Counted from the first letter of the stretch, positions 1-12,729 are shown. The stretch: DNA of 64,000 bases from a virus (IMGVR_UViG_3300027994_000001:57776-121775), one strand, 5' to 3'. Translations and numbers: made by a program. Notes: a model not told the origin generated them from the letters alone.

Positions 1-309
1 CAATATCGAATCCTAGAAACAGTAATATTTTTTGCAGTTTATTCATTAAGTAAATTATTTAAAAATTCTACTGTCTGCTTTAAATATCTTTCTGAAATAT
101 TATGATCAGGTAACTCTTTATTAAAATTAGCGGTATTAAAAATGTATTCTTGTATTTTTCTAATTGTTTTCCCGCAATATGCAGCTTCTTTCCTTTCTGT
201 AAAAACAGGAGGTTCTGGAATCTCTGCAAACATATCACTGTCACAACACCTATGACAAAAACCATATCTTAATTCATAAGAGCAGACTTCGCAGAAATTT
301 GATTTTAAT

Positions 310-597
310 TTATTCATGTTTTAGTTTTTGCAAGTATTTCTTATATTCTACTGGAATACTATAAAGCGTTATTAATTTATCTCCTTGAAATATATAAAGA
401 ATTTCGCCGTATATTTTTATATCTTTTTTATTTTCGTGCCCTTCAAGCAATTTATTAATGTATTTACGAAGAAGTCCGCGTGAATTTGATGCATTATAGC
501 CTTTCTCAGACACTTTCTCTAGTAATCTGATAAAAGACCTTTCGTTTAGTTTTAGACGGCTTCTGGCGCGTTCTAAAGCGTGTTTTGTAATTTCCAT
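310..597 (-). CDS. hypothetical protein; N-terminal KHALERARSR reminiscent of DUF4258-type small toxin-fold proteins
   Basis: Pattern recall only: HAleR...R plus a C-terminal LITLYSI block. Confidence 0.25.
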   Translation of the reverse strand: MEITKHALERARSRLKLNERSFIRLLEKVSEKGYNASNSRGLLRKYINKLLEGHENKKDIKIYGEILYIFQGDKLITLYSIPVEYKKYLQKLKHE

Positions 598-714
598 ATT
601 TCATCATTTAATAGTATATTTCATCCCCGCAAGTTTTACATCTATCAATCCTTATATTTACAGTTTCCCATTCACATTTATTTGAATAAGGACAAGGCTC
701 ATCATCTATTTCTT

Positions 715-1341
715 TCATTTATTATGCGTATAAAATTGATTTGCAAAGCCCTGACAGCACATACTTCTGATATCAGCATCTTCTTTGATAAACTCTTTTG
801 CCCACCACATCTCATCAATAAACTCAATAGCCGATTTGTGAAAATATACAAGTCCAGGTTTACTTCTTCCAGGTCTGATATATAAATTAGGATTCTTCGG
901 CACATCTTCCCACTTTGTATATGTTTTAGGAGGTATATTAAACTCGCCCCACAAAGCAGTTTTCTTAGTCCAAGGAGAATCAATTGAGTATTCCCAAGGC
1001 TGATATACGTATTGAGGTTTTCCAATAATATCTTTAAGTTTTCCTGTCGCCGGATTCTCTAACACCCACCATACAGGATTGGCTTCATTAATTATACGTA
1101 AACAATGATTAACTAAAATCATACCCTCTTCTGTATTGGTTGGCACGTCAAACCCTCTGGCGATTGAAAAACTTTGGCATGGAGGATTCGCTATTATTCC
1201 ATGTACATTAGCTGGAGGATGATAATTCTCAACACCTATAAGTTGCCCGATCTTTATAACTTCATAATCTGGGTCGAGTTGGTAGAATAAGCTATCCGAT
1301 CCTAGGTCGGCGCATAAATGTAAAATTATTTTCTTATTCAT
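715..1341 (-). CDS. DNA (cytosine-5)-methyltransferase, compact (208 aa)
   Basis: Translated ORF carries C5-MTase motifs: motif I-like LCADLGSDS, catalytic PC motif NPPCQSFS (motif IV), ENP/ENV motif VLENPATG (motif VI). It is too short to hold a normal target-recognition domain. Confidence 0.65.
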   Translation of the reverse strand: MNKKIILHLCADLGSDSLFYQLDPDYEVIKIGQLIGVENYHPPANVHGIIANPPCQSFSIARGFDVPTNTEEGMILVNHCLRIINEANPVWWVLENPATGKLKDIIGKPQYVYQPWEYSIDSPWTKKTALWGEFNIPPKTYTKWEDVPKNPNLYIRPGRSKPGLVYFHKSAIEFIDEMWWAKEFIKEDADIRSMCCQGFANQFYTHNK

Positions 1342-1843
1342 TTAATTCTAAATATATTTTCAATTTATAATAAGTCGTGCCTAAAAATGTACGTACTTCT
1401 TCTTTAGCTTTTTCTAAATCATATTCACAGCCAATCCATTTTCCATCTAGTTCAATATCATAGCTGGGAGAGTCTTTCCAAGATTTCCATTCTATTTTTG
1501 CCTGCCCTAACGGAGTTTCACAAATTACGTGATCGTAAGAGCTTATATTTGCTGTTGGTGGAGTTGGTTCTGTCCAGTTCATAACTTCTCTATTTTAATT
1601 CCTTTTTGGTCATGTGTATATCCTATTTCTAAATCGCCGGATAAAAACTTAAAAGCAAAATCCCTAGCCTTAACAACAGACCCTTCATAGGCATCTTTAT
1701 TATTAAAGGCTACATGTTCTACTTCACAAATTAAATCATTAATTAAAGTACACATTTCTTTAAGGTTTTCAAAACGCTCGCCATCTCTTGAAGCATCTCC
1801 TGCTGGGTTAATACTGCCTATTAATTTCTTAATTATTTCTGTA

Positions 1844-2299
1844 TTATTCATAATGTTTATTTAAAAGTTCTACTAATAATTCTGTATTTACCGGATCATA
1901 ACAAACGCATATATCTTGATTTGTTTCAGAATCGTAAATAAGCGATTTATCTTTTTCATATCTAAATCTAGACTCATCTAAATTATCAAGTTGGTATTCT
2001 GCCCAGCTTATTGCTAAATCACTTATTAGTTCTTTTATTTCCGCCTCATTTAAAATACGCCCTTCTTGATCACTGCTTGTGTTTATATACCATCTTAAAA
2101 CTTGAAGATCATTAAAATTGTCATACTGTATTTCATAATAAAAACCTTCAAAATCAAATGCGGGGCAAGAAGACTTAAAAGAAGAAAATTGCTCATAATT
2201 ATAAAAAACCGTAAACACTAAATATCTTTCTAACTTCTCTAATGTTTTTACTAATTCGTGTATTAACTCTTTTTTCATATTATCTAATTGTATCTCCAA
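1844..2299 (-). CDS. hypothetical phage protein
   Basis: 151-aa ORF in a co-directional array with abutting neighbours. Confidence 0.45.
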   Translation of the reverse strand: MEIQLDNMKKELIHELVKTLEKLERYLVFTVFYNYEQFSSFKSSCPAFDFEGFYYEIQYDNFNDLQVLRWYINTSSDQEGRILNEAEIKELISDLAISWAEYQLDNLDESRFRYEKDKSLIYDSETNQDICVCYDPVNTELLVELLNKHYE

Positions 2300-2486
2300 C
2301 GCGGTATGCTTTATTTGTGTATAAAGTAACCGAATTAGGAAAAGTGTTTAAATAGACTTTGTATTTTGTTTTGCTGTCAGACGTAACATCAAACTCTACT
2401 CCCTTAACAATAATATGTTCTATAACTACATCATTACACGAAATTGCGCAAAAGACTAAAAACAAAACTATTAATATTTTTCTCAT
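2280..2486 (-). CDS. small secreted lipoprotein (68 aa), paralog of 3267..3491
   Basis: N-terminal signal peptide with lipobox-like FCAISC; C-terminal YRVGDTIR shared with the paralog. Confidence 0.5.
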   Translation of the reverse strand: MRKILIVLFLVFCAISCNDVVIEHIIVKGVEFDVTSDSKTKYKVYLNTFPNSVTLYTNKAYRVGDTIR

Positions 2487-3266
2487 AACTTACTAAAATC
2501 AATTATTTCTACTCTATAACTTTCTGTCGGACTTCCTTTATACTCAGGTTCAATTATTTTAACTTTCTCACCTTTTTTATTCAACCAAACAGTACTAGAG
2601 CTGTCTTCTACACTCCATGTTTCGCCATTTATAATAATAGGATCATGATAAATAATTTCTCTGTCAGGATCAGCTGTTAAAACGTTAACAGACTCTAGTA
2701 ACATTTCTGTCATTTTATCCCACAATTCATCCCCTTCTAAATGAGAGTAATGAGGATAAGCGGTTTTAAATTCTTCTGTTGTCATATTCTAAATATATAT
2801 CAAATGCTGTTCTTCTATTTTTATCATTCCGGCCGTGTAACTCATCTAATCTATTTTGATGACCGCTGGCAAAATAAACTTTATTGTATTGATCTATTGT
2901 ACTAAAAACACCAAATCTGCCTATAGTTACTTCTCCAGTGTAATCACAAAAACAGCAAGCGTCTCCGGCATCATTCTCAGGTGCATTAGGATTTTGGCAG
3001 AATGGACAAGGTTTGGTTTTCATAGCCATCTTTCCTCCCATTCTTTAAAATCATCAACTGTATTTGACATAGCACTGATGATACACGTTAACCCTCCTTC
3101 TAAATGTTCTAATTTATCTTTAAATCCGTGATTAAATCTAATGTCGTGTAACTTACCTCTTGTTTTAGCTAACTCCGATCTCAGTTGTTCAATTAACTCG
3201 CTTATGGGTTTATTAAAATCTTCCTCCGATTTGTAGTATATTAATCTGCTTTTTGTTTTTTCCATG

Positions 3267-3491
3267 TTATTTAATAGTATCTCCCACGTTATACATATCT
3301 GAATCAAATTTCAAAACTTTTACCCAGAATATTGTATCAGGGTTTTTAAGTTGCAACCAATCTCTTTGTTCATCATAAGAGCTTTTATGACTGATTACAT
3401 ATTTTCGTCCTCCCCATTTTTCTATTGGTGCAAACTCTGTATTATCACAGGAAATCGCGCAAAAAGCTAAAAACAACAGTAATTTTTTCAT
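3267..3491 (-). CDS. small secreted lipoprotein (74 aa), paralog of 2280..2486
   Basis: Signal peptide with FCAISC lipobox-like motif; C-terminal YNVGDTIK. Confidence 0.5.
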   Translation of the reverse strand: MKKLLLFLAFCAISCDNTEFAPIEKWGGRKYVISHKSSYDEQRDWLQLKNPDTIFWVKVLKFDSDMYNVGDTIK

Positions 3492-3734
3492 TTTAATAAG
3501 ATTGAGTTTCTAAATATATTAATTCTATTTGATAATCAGTTATTTTATCAACCGTTGTCCATTGATACTCGTCCGCTAATTTTCTTTTCTTTTTATCAGG
3601 TAGAGTATTCCACCATTTGATATGTTCTGTCATAGATTTTATATTTTATTTGACAAATCTAAGTAATGTATTTCAATCTCACAAGAAAAATCTGCTTTAT
3701 TTTGTTTTTTGCGCCAAAATGGCTTAAACGAAGT

Positions 3735-3760
3735 GCCGGAAAAAGACTTAAAAACAGAAA
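3735..3760 (-). promoter_or_regulatory. copy of recurrent T-run/GC-palindrome/A-run motif
   Basis: GCCGGAAAAAGACTTAAAAACAGAAA in the 320-bp gap upstream of ORF 3267..3491. Confidence 0.3.
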
Positions 3761-3811
3761 ATAAAAAAATGCCCTTAGTATAAGTAAGAGCATTATAGTT
3801 ATATTAAAATC

Positions 3812-5032
3812 CTAGAACAGATGTGTAATCCGTGCAATCTGCCCATGCTCTTTAGAATGTAAAAATCCTTCAATAGCTTTTGGGGCGAAGTGGTATTGGT
3901 TTCTAGAGTGCCAGGAATCTGTACCTGACGGACTCCTTAAAGCTTCAACATTAACCCCCATATAGTCCTTACTGATTTTGTGGTGAAAGTGGTGGACATA
4001 AAAATATCTATGCTTACAATCACTCCAATCTTTACTTTCATGTGCCATACTAAGAGGTAAATCTGCCAATTTTCCACCGTCTCCATGAGAACTTCCAATT
4101 AGGTTTTGTCCATAAGTAAAATACTTTCTGTGCGCTATAGAACAATCAAATGTTATATTTTCACAGTCTTTAAAATAAGTCCTAATCACATCAGCTAGAA
4201 AGAAACCTACAGTATAATCGTGATTACTCGGATTAAAAACAAAATGAACGTCACTTATTTGTAATAGTCTTGTTAGAACTTCAATATAAATTTCTTTTGC
4301 CATCAAGAAGTTAGAGTACCACATCCCCGATACGTCCTGTACAGTACCTGATGTAGTAGTTCCTTTTGGGGTGTCTATATGGAGTATATCGTTACCACCG
4401 ATAAATAATACCTTATCTATAGGAAAGCCTTTAGTTTTTTCAATAATGCCTTCTACGCCCTCTCTTATGCGTTGAACAGCTATTTGATTATTATAATCTT
4501 CACCTGTCTCAAAACTATCCGCCAGTTTTCCTACGTGACAGTCCGCGGGATCTACGACAAGTAAATAAGATTCTTTATCTAAAGGACGTTCCCTAATTAC
4601 TGCTTTTGGCTTATTAGGTAAGTTTGATAACTCTTCTAATAAAGTTTTGTAGAAATTTTCAAAACCTTCTCCTTTAATTGGATTACTTGCTAAATTATAA
4701 TAAGCCCCCTTAGATGAGTGAGTTACAAGCTTGTATGTTCTAACTTCTTCATAAGGAATTTTATAAAATTCGCAATACTCCTTCAGATTCATGATAGTGC
4801 CATCTGGCTTAAGAGCAGATAACTGAGAAACTGCTTCATACTGATTTGTCTCTGTGAGAGTATCATTTTCTAAATCGTTATCTACAAGTTTGTCTTGTCT
4901 TGCTAAAACCTTAGAACATTGCCTGCGAAAATTGTCTGTGTATGAGATACCTTCTAATTCTGCATATTTTTTAGCTGCTGCTGTGATTGTTTCTTCTACT
5001 TCTACTAGTGATTGTAACTTTTGTACGTTCAT
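3812..5032 (-). CDS. calcineurin-like metallophosphoesterase (406 aa)
   Basis: Metallophosphatase signature blocks: VVDPADCHVG (DxH), FIGGNDILH (GD), NPSNHDY (GNHD/E), and a histidine-rich C-terminus HHFHH. Confidence 0.65.
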   Translation of the reverse strand: MNVQKLQSLVEVEETITAAAKKYAELEGISYTDNFRRQCSKVLARQDKLVDNDLENDTLTETNQYEAVSQLSALKPDGTIMNLKEYCEFYKIPYEEVRTYKLVTHSSKGAYYNLASNPIKGEGFENFYKTLLEELSNLPNKPKAVIRERPLDKESYLLVVDPADCHVGKLADSFETGEDYNNQIAVQRIREGVEGIIEKTKGFPIDKVLFIGGNDILHIDTPKGTTTSGTVQDVSGMWYSNFLMAKEIYIEVLTRLLQISDVHFVFNPSNHDYTVGFFLADVIRTYFKDCENITFDCSIAHRKYFTYGQNLIGSSHGDGGKLADLPLSMAHESKDWSDCKHRYFYVHHFHHKISKDYMGVNVEALRSPSGTDSWHSRNQYHFAPKAIEGFLHSKEHGQIARITHLF

Positions 5033-7329
5033 TTATTTTTGTTTTTTAATTTTTATCCGCCGGATTATAAGGAATTTCTTTATAGTAACTAAATCTTCTT
5101 ATACTTTCTTCAACTCCTTCTAACACATTGTTAATAAAGGGCTCAATTTCTTTATCTTCTAAAGTGTTTATGTAACTGGAATATTGATATTTTAATAAAT
5201 TAGTTATTTTTTCCATTAATTCTGTGTCTTTACTCATAATTCACCAAAATTATTTTCATACCAATTATTCAAATCATAAGAATCCTTTTCGTCTTCTAGC
5301 TTACTGTGAATATCTTGGTATTGATCTTTTCTAGCTTGCCAATACCTAATAAATTGTCTGTGACTATGCGTATGACTCCAATCCTGACCATCAAAGTGTT
5401 CGAGTTCAACTTGTTGTAAAGTCCCAAAATCGTCTACAGCAACAAGACAGGTGTATTTACCTTTTATAGAAGGTAAGCTCATTTTTGTGTCTATCCAAAC
5501 CATTATTTTTCTGTTTTAGTTTCTTCTTCGCGGGATTCCTCAATCCAATATAAAGCGTCTTTCCACGCTTTTGCTTCTGTTGCTCCTTCACCTAATCTTC
5601 GACGTTCTTCTCGTAATCTTGAAGACCATATTAAATAATAGTGTTCTTTAGCTAAAGGATTTCTCTTTGTATATTTTTCTGCATAAGCTAGAGCATATAC
5701 TTCTTTTATTTTATCTTTTGCGGCCATATTACTTACTTAATTTATCAAACGCTTCCTCTAAACACTCTTCGAATCCTGCTCCGCCATTATAAAATCTTAA
5801 TTCAAATTCTATAGTTCCGTCAGGTAGTTTATTAGCTTTGATTATATCATCATCGGCATCTAAACTTTCATAATCTAATTTATATAAAGCTTGTCCGTGA
5901 AAGAAGTAATCATGATAATAATTTTCACACAGATATTCAATTTCTGAGCCATCTTCAACTTCTGTGATTTTTCCTTTGTCTTCTAATATTTTTCGCGCAA
6001 TTCCTAGAGGAGTTAAATATGGATCTTCTAATCTTATTGCTTTTCCTCTGTAATGTACTGTTTCGCTCATTTTCTTTTCTTCTTTTTAGATTTTAAATGT
6101 GACATAGGATTTCTGTATTTTCTAAAATTACCATATTCGTCCTGGAAGTCAGGATTAGGAACTAAATATGACTCACTATCAGAGCCTGTTTTTTCAATCA
6201 TTCTTTGCGGTTTATCCATGTTTTTATATATTTATTCTTTTTGCGCCGTGGATTTCTAAGTACTCAATTATCTCATCAATGTCGTCAATTTCATAGTAGT
6301 CATACCATAAAATATAGCCATCATAATTTCGGCCAAAAACAGTTGTAAGTGTGTCTACCCACTTGACTTCAAAGTATTCTCCCGTAAATACGCCATATTT
6401 AGTAAAATTGTAGAAATCTCTAAAATGAGGGGATATTATTGCTATCATTGTTTTATCATTTTAATTATTTCCTCGCCGGATAAATAGTCAAAGCTGGTTT
6501 GCTCATCTCCCAAAAAACAGTGGCTTTTTCCTTTATAATAAGCTACGGATTTTAAAGGATGATCACCTAAATAAAAAGCAATATCTTCTTTACCCTCTAA
6601 CTCATTGTGCCAGCCTAACATGTATACGTCTAGTAGTTCTTTGTCTGTCATAATAATAGTTTTTCTTTAATTTCTTTTATGTAGTATTCCAGGTTGCTTT
6701 TTATTATTTCCCCGCATTTGTCTGAATATTGAAGATAGTACTTGTAATATTCTTCTTCTGTTTCTATCTCCTTGTCGCCGGAAAAAACTAAAGCAAAACG
6801 AGACTTAAAACTATTAATCCCATCTCTTATAAAAATACAATTATCATAATCTTCTTTCTCTTCTAATTCCCACAATACTTTTAAAACAGGCAACATACCA
6901 TAAGACAATAGTAACTTGTGAATATCATTTTCTTTCATCAGCAATTTTTTAAAATAAATATAAACACCAACCATCCCCATCCTTCTTTACCTGTAGCGGC
7001 TAAATAAACTATTCCTGCTACTAAGGCTACATCAACTATACAATCTAAATATTTATTTTTCATTTTCTATTTGTTTTAAAGCTAATTGATAACCAAACTG
7101 TATTGCCATCATTACAGGAGAGTATTTGTCAGTTCCTTCGTATACTTTTGTATAATTAATAATTTCTTGGCCTATTTTTTCTAAATTTATTTCTTGTTCC
7201 ATTACACTTGTATTATTTTAATTATTTTTTCACGTGGTTTTTGTTCCAGTTTTACTTTTTTGGCAATTATTTCTTCTATTTCACAATCTCTGCAATAAAG
7301 AAAATATTTCTGCTTAAAATCTTTTTTTA

Positions 7330-8244
7330 TCATTTCTTTTTGTATTCAGCTGGATGATTTAGCCCTTTCAAGAACATTTGCTTCCCAGTAGCTAAATATC
7401 CTCGCGTATTTTTTGACATATATGTATTGTTCTCAATTGCTTCAATCATTGTATCATAAGCTAGTTCTTCACTAATATAATTTGCCGCCGACCAGCCGCC
7501 AATCAGGAAAGAAATGCCAAGTAGTGCGGGGTGGGCATTATCTTCAATCCTATCTATAAGGAAAATAATACTTTTAACAACCTCTTGCTCAATCTCTTCA
7601 TCAATATCTCCAGGGATTTCAAAATCAATTGGTGCGTTTACGTCAAAAAAGTTAATTTTATTACCTCTCTGAGTCCACTCTTCCGCATCTTCTCTAACTA
7701 ATATATCTCTATCATAAGACAAAAAAACTGGAAGTACAATATTAAAATTTACACCATCGAAACCCTCATACTGGGATAGATAGTAAGCAAGACCGCAAAA
7801 ATACTCCTTATAATTTTCAACAGAAGTAGGCTTTTTAATTCGAATTAAGAGTTTGAGTCCCCTACCCGAAGGACTGATCCAAGCCGCAATAACTGATTTC
7901 AAATTATTGAATAGCCGTTCTTTAAGTTCTAAAGCATTATCTATTTTATCGAACTCACATAACATTATAGGATTATAATCAATAATATTTAAAAGTCCTC
8001 TCCCATTTCCATCTAAAATTACTGAGGGAACAAATGAATATAAATTGTTTTGTTTTAGCGAGTCTTTCAGTTTTAAATCATTGTTTTTAGCGGCTATTTT
8101 TATCTGCTCAATAACTTTTACTGTAGATTCCTTTGGATTCTTATGAACGTCTAAAAATGCTCTTAAAGTGAGCTGTCCAAGTGGCTGAGCTTCCCAAATT
8201 TTAGCCGGAAAAAACTGAAAAGAAATTTCATCAAGATAACTCAT
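7330..8244 (-). CDS. putative archaeo-eukaryotic-type primase (PrimPol/VirE_N-like)
   Basis: SPSGRGLKLLIRI resembles AEP motif II (sGxGxH-like); acidic ILDGNG/EFDKID candidates for motif I. Weak call. Confidence 0.3.
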   Translation of the reverse strand: MSYLDEISFQFFPAKIWEAQPLGQLTLRAFLDVHKNPKESTVKVIEQIKIAAKNNDLKLKDSLKQNNLYSFVPSVILDGNGRGLLNIIDYNPIMLCEFDKIDNALELKERLFNNLKSVIAAWISPSGRGLKLLIRIKKPTSVENYKEYFCGLAYYLSQYEGFDGVNFNIVLPVFLSYDRDILVREDAEEWTQRGNKINFFDVNAPIDFEIPGDIDEEIEQEVVKSIIFLIDRIEDNAHPALLGISFLIGGWSAANYISEELAYDTMIEAIENNTYMSKNTRGYLATGKQMFLKGLNHPAEYKKK

Positions 8245-10406
8245 AAAGGTATACCTGTTTTTAATACATTGATTAATCCTTCAATATCTTCTTTTTCATA
8301 AACTGCATATAATTGGTCATCGGAATACATACCATTTCTGTCATAACTCTCAAAGTCTAATTTAAAAGAATTTCCTGTTTCTCTGGCTTTTTCTAGAGTC
8401 TCTGAATATTCATCTGAATCCTGATAATCTAAGTTTCCTATTAACTCCAACTCTACATAATCTGACTGTAATTGCTCTCCTTTTATAAACAAACCGTAGA
8501 AATCTAATGGGTCGTACTCTGAATAAACAGTTCCTTCTGGGAGCTTGAAAAATTCCTCTCTATTTAATATTCTCATACACTTCTCGTTGAGTTAAATAGT
8601 TAATACTTTTCTTTACTTCATCTAAACCTTTATTCTTTATATAAGCATAATCTCCGCGCTCAAATAAAGCAATCATATTAGTTATAGGTGATAGTTTGTT
8701 TCTTATGTCTGGGATTTCTAAACTATCTTTAAACTCAATTAGATGTTTAGTCTTCTCAATCTCTTCTAAAATAATATTAGCTTTTTCTACAAACAATCCA
8801 TAATGTACCTTACCTTCTTTGTCATAAAAACTAGGTTCGCTCCAAGTTCCTTTAAAGTTAGGATCATTGATCAAAGTGTTCTTTATAAGAGTAACTAGAT
8901 TATTATAAAAAACTTCTTCTGATTTAATTTGTTTTCTCATCTGTTTTTTCTTTATTTAATTCGAAACTCAGCCACTCTAAAGCCTTGTAGCTTGACAAAT
9001 GATTCATCCAGCACTTTAGAAAATACTCTCTGTTTTCATAAATCATCTCCTTTGTGTAAGCATAATCTGTACTTCGTTCTCCAACCCATAATAGGTATAA
9101 TTCCCAAGGCATCCAGTCATAAGCGGAAATAATTTGTTCTATTTCTTTTGCTGTTACTTCTTTTCCCGCCATTCAATTTCTTTTTTAATTATATCTAAGT
9201 GCCACTTCTCTCCTCCATAATCTAAAACACCTTGTAAATGATCATCGGTCATGTCACAAATTTTAATCCAGTGTAAAGGTTGGCTTCCATCAACGCCTCT
9301 CGATCCTCTGGTAGCAACAGTCCTCACTAATTCAAAGTCATCATCAGAATAAACAGACAAATCTTCTGCTGGTATTTTATTTACGCTTCTTCTAACGTAA
9401 CCGCCTGTACCACCATCCAACATATACCACTCTTTATTTTCATCTAAGTGGGTTACATAGTCATGCCTGTGCCTAGAAACTAATGTTGTCCCATCAGGTG
9501 TCTTAATTGCATTATAAACTACTATTCTATCCATTTTAAAATCTCTGTTTTAATTTCTTTTTCCTGCGCCTCAGATAATTCTAGTAGCTCATTATCATCA
9601 TAAACTTCCAACAACTCAATTTCGAGATTCTGGATATCAACAGTACTCTGATTCTCTTCGTAAAATGTTGCACCAATATTTTCAGAAACTGTTACATCAG
9701 CTGTAATATTGAATAGAACTTCCCAGCCATTATCTAAAGTTACTTCATGCATTTGATCAACAAATTGTATGCTTTCTAAGTAGTCTATTCCTAACTCTAT
9801 TTTTTCCATAACGCTACGCTTTAAAAATTATATAAAATTTACGTTCTTTTTTCCAAGTAAACCAAAGCACCCAGTCATTGTATATAGTTTTGAATACACG
9901 CGGCTTAAAATGGTTTTCCGCAAAAAGAATTAAAAACAAAGCAAATAATATCCAAATCATAATGTCTCAATTAAATAATTTAACTTCTCTTTAAATGAAG
10001 TTGTTCCATCTACTTCTGTAAGTCTGTCATAAGCCTGAAAGATATGCTCTACAAAATCATCTTGTGTAAGACCTTCTCCTGGCTCTGCATATTTGAACAT
10101 CTCCAATTTATCGACAAGCTTTGTACATTCTGCGTGAGCCTTCCACATCCAAAAATCTCCATCAACAATAGCCGTTTTAAAGTACTGCTGATTAGGTTCG
10201 ATTATGTACCCGCAATAATTACAACGATGCTGTTTCCTTGCCTTGTGTTGAGTTGTTCCCAATACTGTCATATTTTTCTTTTAAGTATTCATAAGGTACA
10301 TCTTTATTACCAAATGAAGCAAATGCCATATTGGTGTCAGTGTCTACTAAAATAATTCTTTCTTTTCCTCTGCCGTAATTCTTAAATAATATCTTTACTT
10401 TCATAA

Positions 10407-10655
10407 TTAGTATTTTTCCATTACTACAATCCAAGTATAGCCCGAAGAACTAGTTCCAGAAACGGATTTAACAATATATCCTTTTTTAATCCAAACTCTA
10501 ATTTTACTTACAGCCGATTCTGATCCTTCGGATATGTTAAAAACAACAGTGTATTTAGGACTTGCTGGTCTTACTGTTAATAGGTTTGTACTAGTTGCAG
10601 CAAAGCTAATTGCCACAAAAATCCCTAATAAAAATGTTAAAAATTGTGTTTTCAT
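10407..10655 (-). CDS. small secreted protein
   Basis: Clear signal peptide MKTQFLTFLLGIFVAISFAATST followed by a Ser/Thr-rich segment. Confidence 0.45.
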   Translation of the reverse strand: MKTQFLTFLLGIFVAISFAATSTNLLTVRPASPKYTVVFNISEGSESAVSKIRVWIKKGYIVKSVSGTSSSGYTWIVVMEKY

Positions 10656-10851
10656 TATTATTCTATTTCTGTTAATATTTCTTGTGCTATTAATTTACAT
10701 GTCCCGCATTTTCTATAAGCTGTACATTCACAATCTTCTTCTAGATCAACTATCATTCTTATGTTAGACATTTTGTCTTCATAATTTGTCAATGCATCAT
10801 TGAACATCCCTGTTATTGTTAGTCGCTGTTTCATTACATTTCGTATATTTG

Positions 10852-10885
10852 TTTTTTCGCGCAAAAAGAACTGATAAAAACATTC
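10852..10885 (-). promoter_or_regulatory. copy of recurrent motif
   Basis: TTTTTTCGCGCAAAAAGAACTGATAAAAACATTC. Confidence 0.3.
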
Positions 10886-12147
10886 TCTATAAAATAATCA
10901 TACATATCTCCATCAGAATAACCAAACCATTCATCAGCTCTTTCCTGAGTATCTACTTCTCTTAACCACAATGCAAATTTAATTGCTGTTTCTTTTGTTG
11001 TCATGATTCTATTTGTTTTTTTGTGGTTTGGGTTAGTGTAAATTCAACATCTTCAACTTCTAAAAATATTTCTTCTATAGTTTTAAATTCCATTTCAGAA
11101 ATCATGCATAACCAAGTATCTCCTTTTACTAAATAATTATTTTCAATATGAAATCCTTCAAACAAAACACGATCTTTTGCTTCTTGATATTCTTTAATCA
11201 GTTTTGTTTCTTCTTCTGAATCGTCTATATTTGTATATTTATGAACTCCTGTTCGTTCTGGTAGTTCTTCCAAAAAATTCCCGTCCAAATCGCAAGGAAC
11301 AAACATTCCAATCGTTAAAGGTTGTTTTAGAAATAAAGCATAATTAACAATTTTTTGAAGCAATTCGTGATTACTATCATCTATATTTTTATTTTGATAT
11401 AAAACAAAATCTGTCATTGATATTAATTTACTCCCACTCATTTGGCTCACCTTTTAAAAATTTATTAATTTCAGTTATATTCTTTCTTACGGCGTGAAGA
11501 GCAGACAAATTGCTACACAAACCAACTGTAATTCCATTAATAGTTAACTCGCAGGCTAGATTATTATCCTTTAACAGCTCTTTTACTGCGTTTAACATAA
11601 TTAGCTCGTTCTTAGCTTCTTGTATATCCGCCTCTGATTTTGCAATTGGATTATATATCATAATAGTTTTTAATTGTTAAATTAACATCTTGGAATACCT
11701 TCTTCAGGATTATACCAACCGTGAATATTGAATTGATGTTTTGCTGACGGCTTTTTACCCCACTTTTGAACAGCTTCCTCTTCTGTTACTGGAAAGTGAA
11801 TTTGATTTAATTCTTCTTGATGTTTTTCGTCGCCCATACTTGGGTCAATTTCATGCTTGAATACTAAATTAAGATGTCTCTTAATCATATCTGTTTGTGT
11901 TGTACTTATTGAATCAGCCTCGCTAATCTCAAAAAATCCTTGTAGCCAATAGGCAAAATCTCTACTTGTCATAATTTCGCGGAATAAAAAAAATTAAAAA
12001 TCATCATTTATAAACCCACTTAAAAGAGGGAAAAGAACAAAACAGCAGAAACCTAAAATAGTAGTACAAATCCCCGCAACAATAAAACCAAAGTCTACTA
12101 AAAAAGCACCTCCTATTATAAGGACAGCAATTATAAGTAAAATATAT

Positions 12148-12729
12148 TTATTTTTCATTTTGTAGTTTTTTAAAAATATATTTATTATTTATAACATTAC
12201 CTGAATCTAGGTTGTATAATATTGTACAATTATTCACACTGAGAACTCTAGAGGCAAATCTCACAGACTCAAAAGACTGTGAACAACTATTTTCCAAATT
12301 GATGACCTCTATTGGAATTTTAACCGAGTCCTTGTATTTTTTATCATTTTCTTTCCAAGTAATTAGCCTCATGTTATCAAAAAAATAACTTAAGTCATCT
12401 CTCAAGCGATCTACAGAAGGTCTTTTGTCTCTATCATAATTACTCATAACCCACTCCTTATAAATTTCTGAATAATTATTTTTATACAGCCATTCGGTAA
12501 AATCTACTTTTGAAAAAGCAGGAGGGGCATGCTTTCTCGTTTTACTGCTACTTTTCAAAGACTTATATAATGAAGTAATCAATCCATGCGGTGTTCTAGC
12601 GTAGTACTCATCATATTCTTTTTGACATACCTTGCAATATGATTTTAATATTGGGTTTTTAGAGCTATATAAATTAAATTCACTCTCATTCTTCTCTAAA
12701 GAACATTTACTACAAGTTTTATTCTCCAT
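12148..12729 (-). CDS. HNH_3/AP2-type homing-endonuclease-like protein
   Basis: N-terminal CxxC...CxxC zinc cluster; C-terminal DNMRLITWKEN resembles the HNH_3 NLRLvT..EN block. The usual catalytic His is replaced (VDRL instead of VHHI). Confidence 0.4.
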   Translation of the reverse strand: MENKTCSKCSLEKNESEFNLYSSKNPILKSYCKVCQKEYDEYYARTPHGLITSLYKSLKSSSKTRKHAPPAFSKVDFTEWLYKNNYSEIYKEWVMSNYDRDKRPSVDRLRDDLSYFFDNMRLITWKENDKKYKDSVKIPIEVINLENSCSQSFESVRFASRVLSVNNCTILYNLDSGNVINNKYIFKKLQNEK

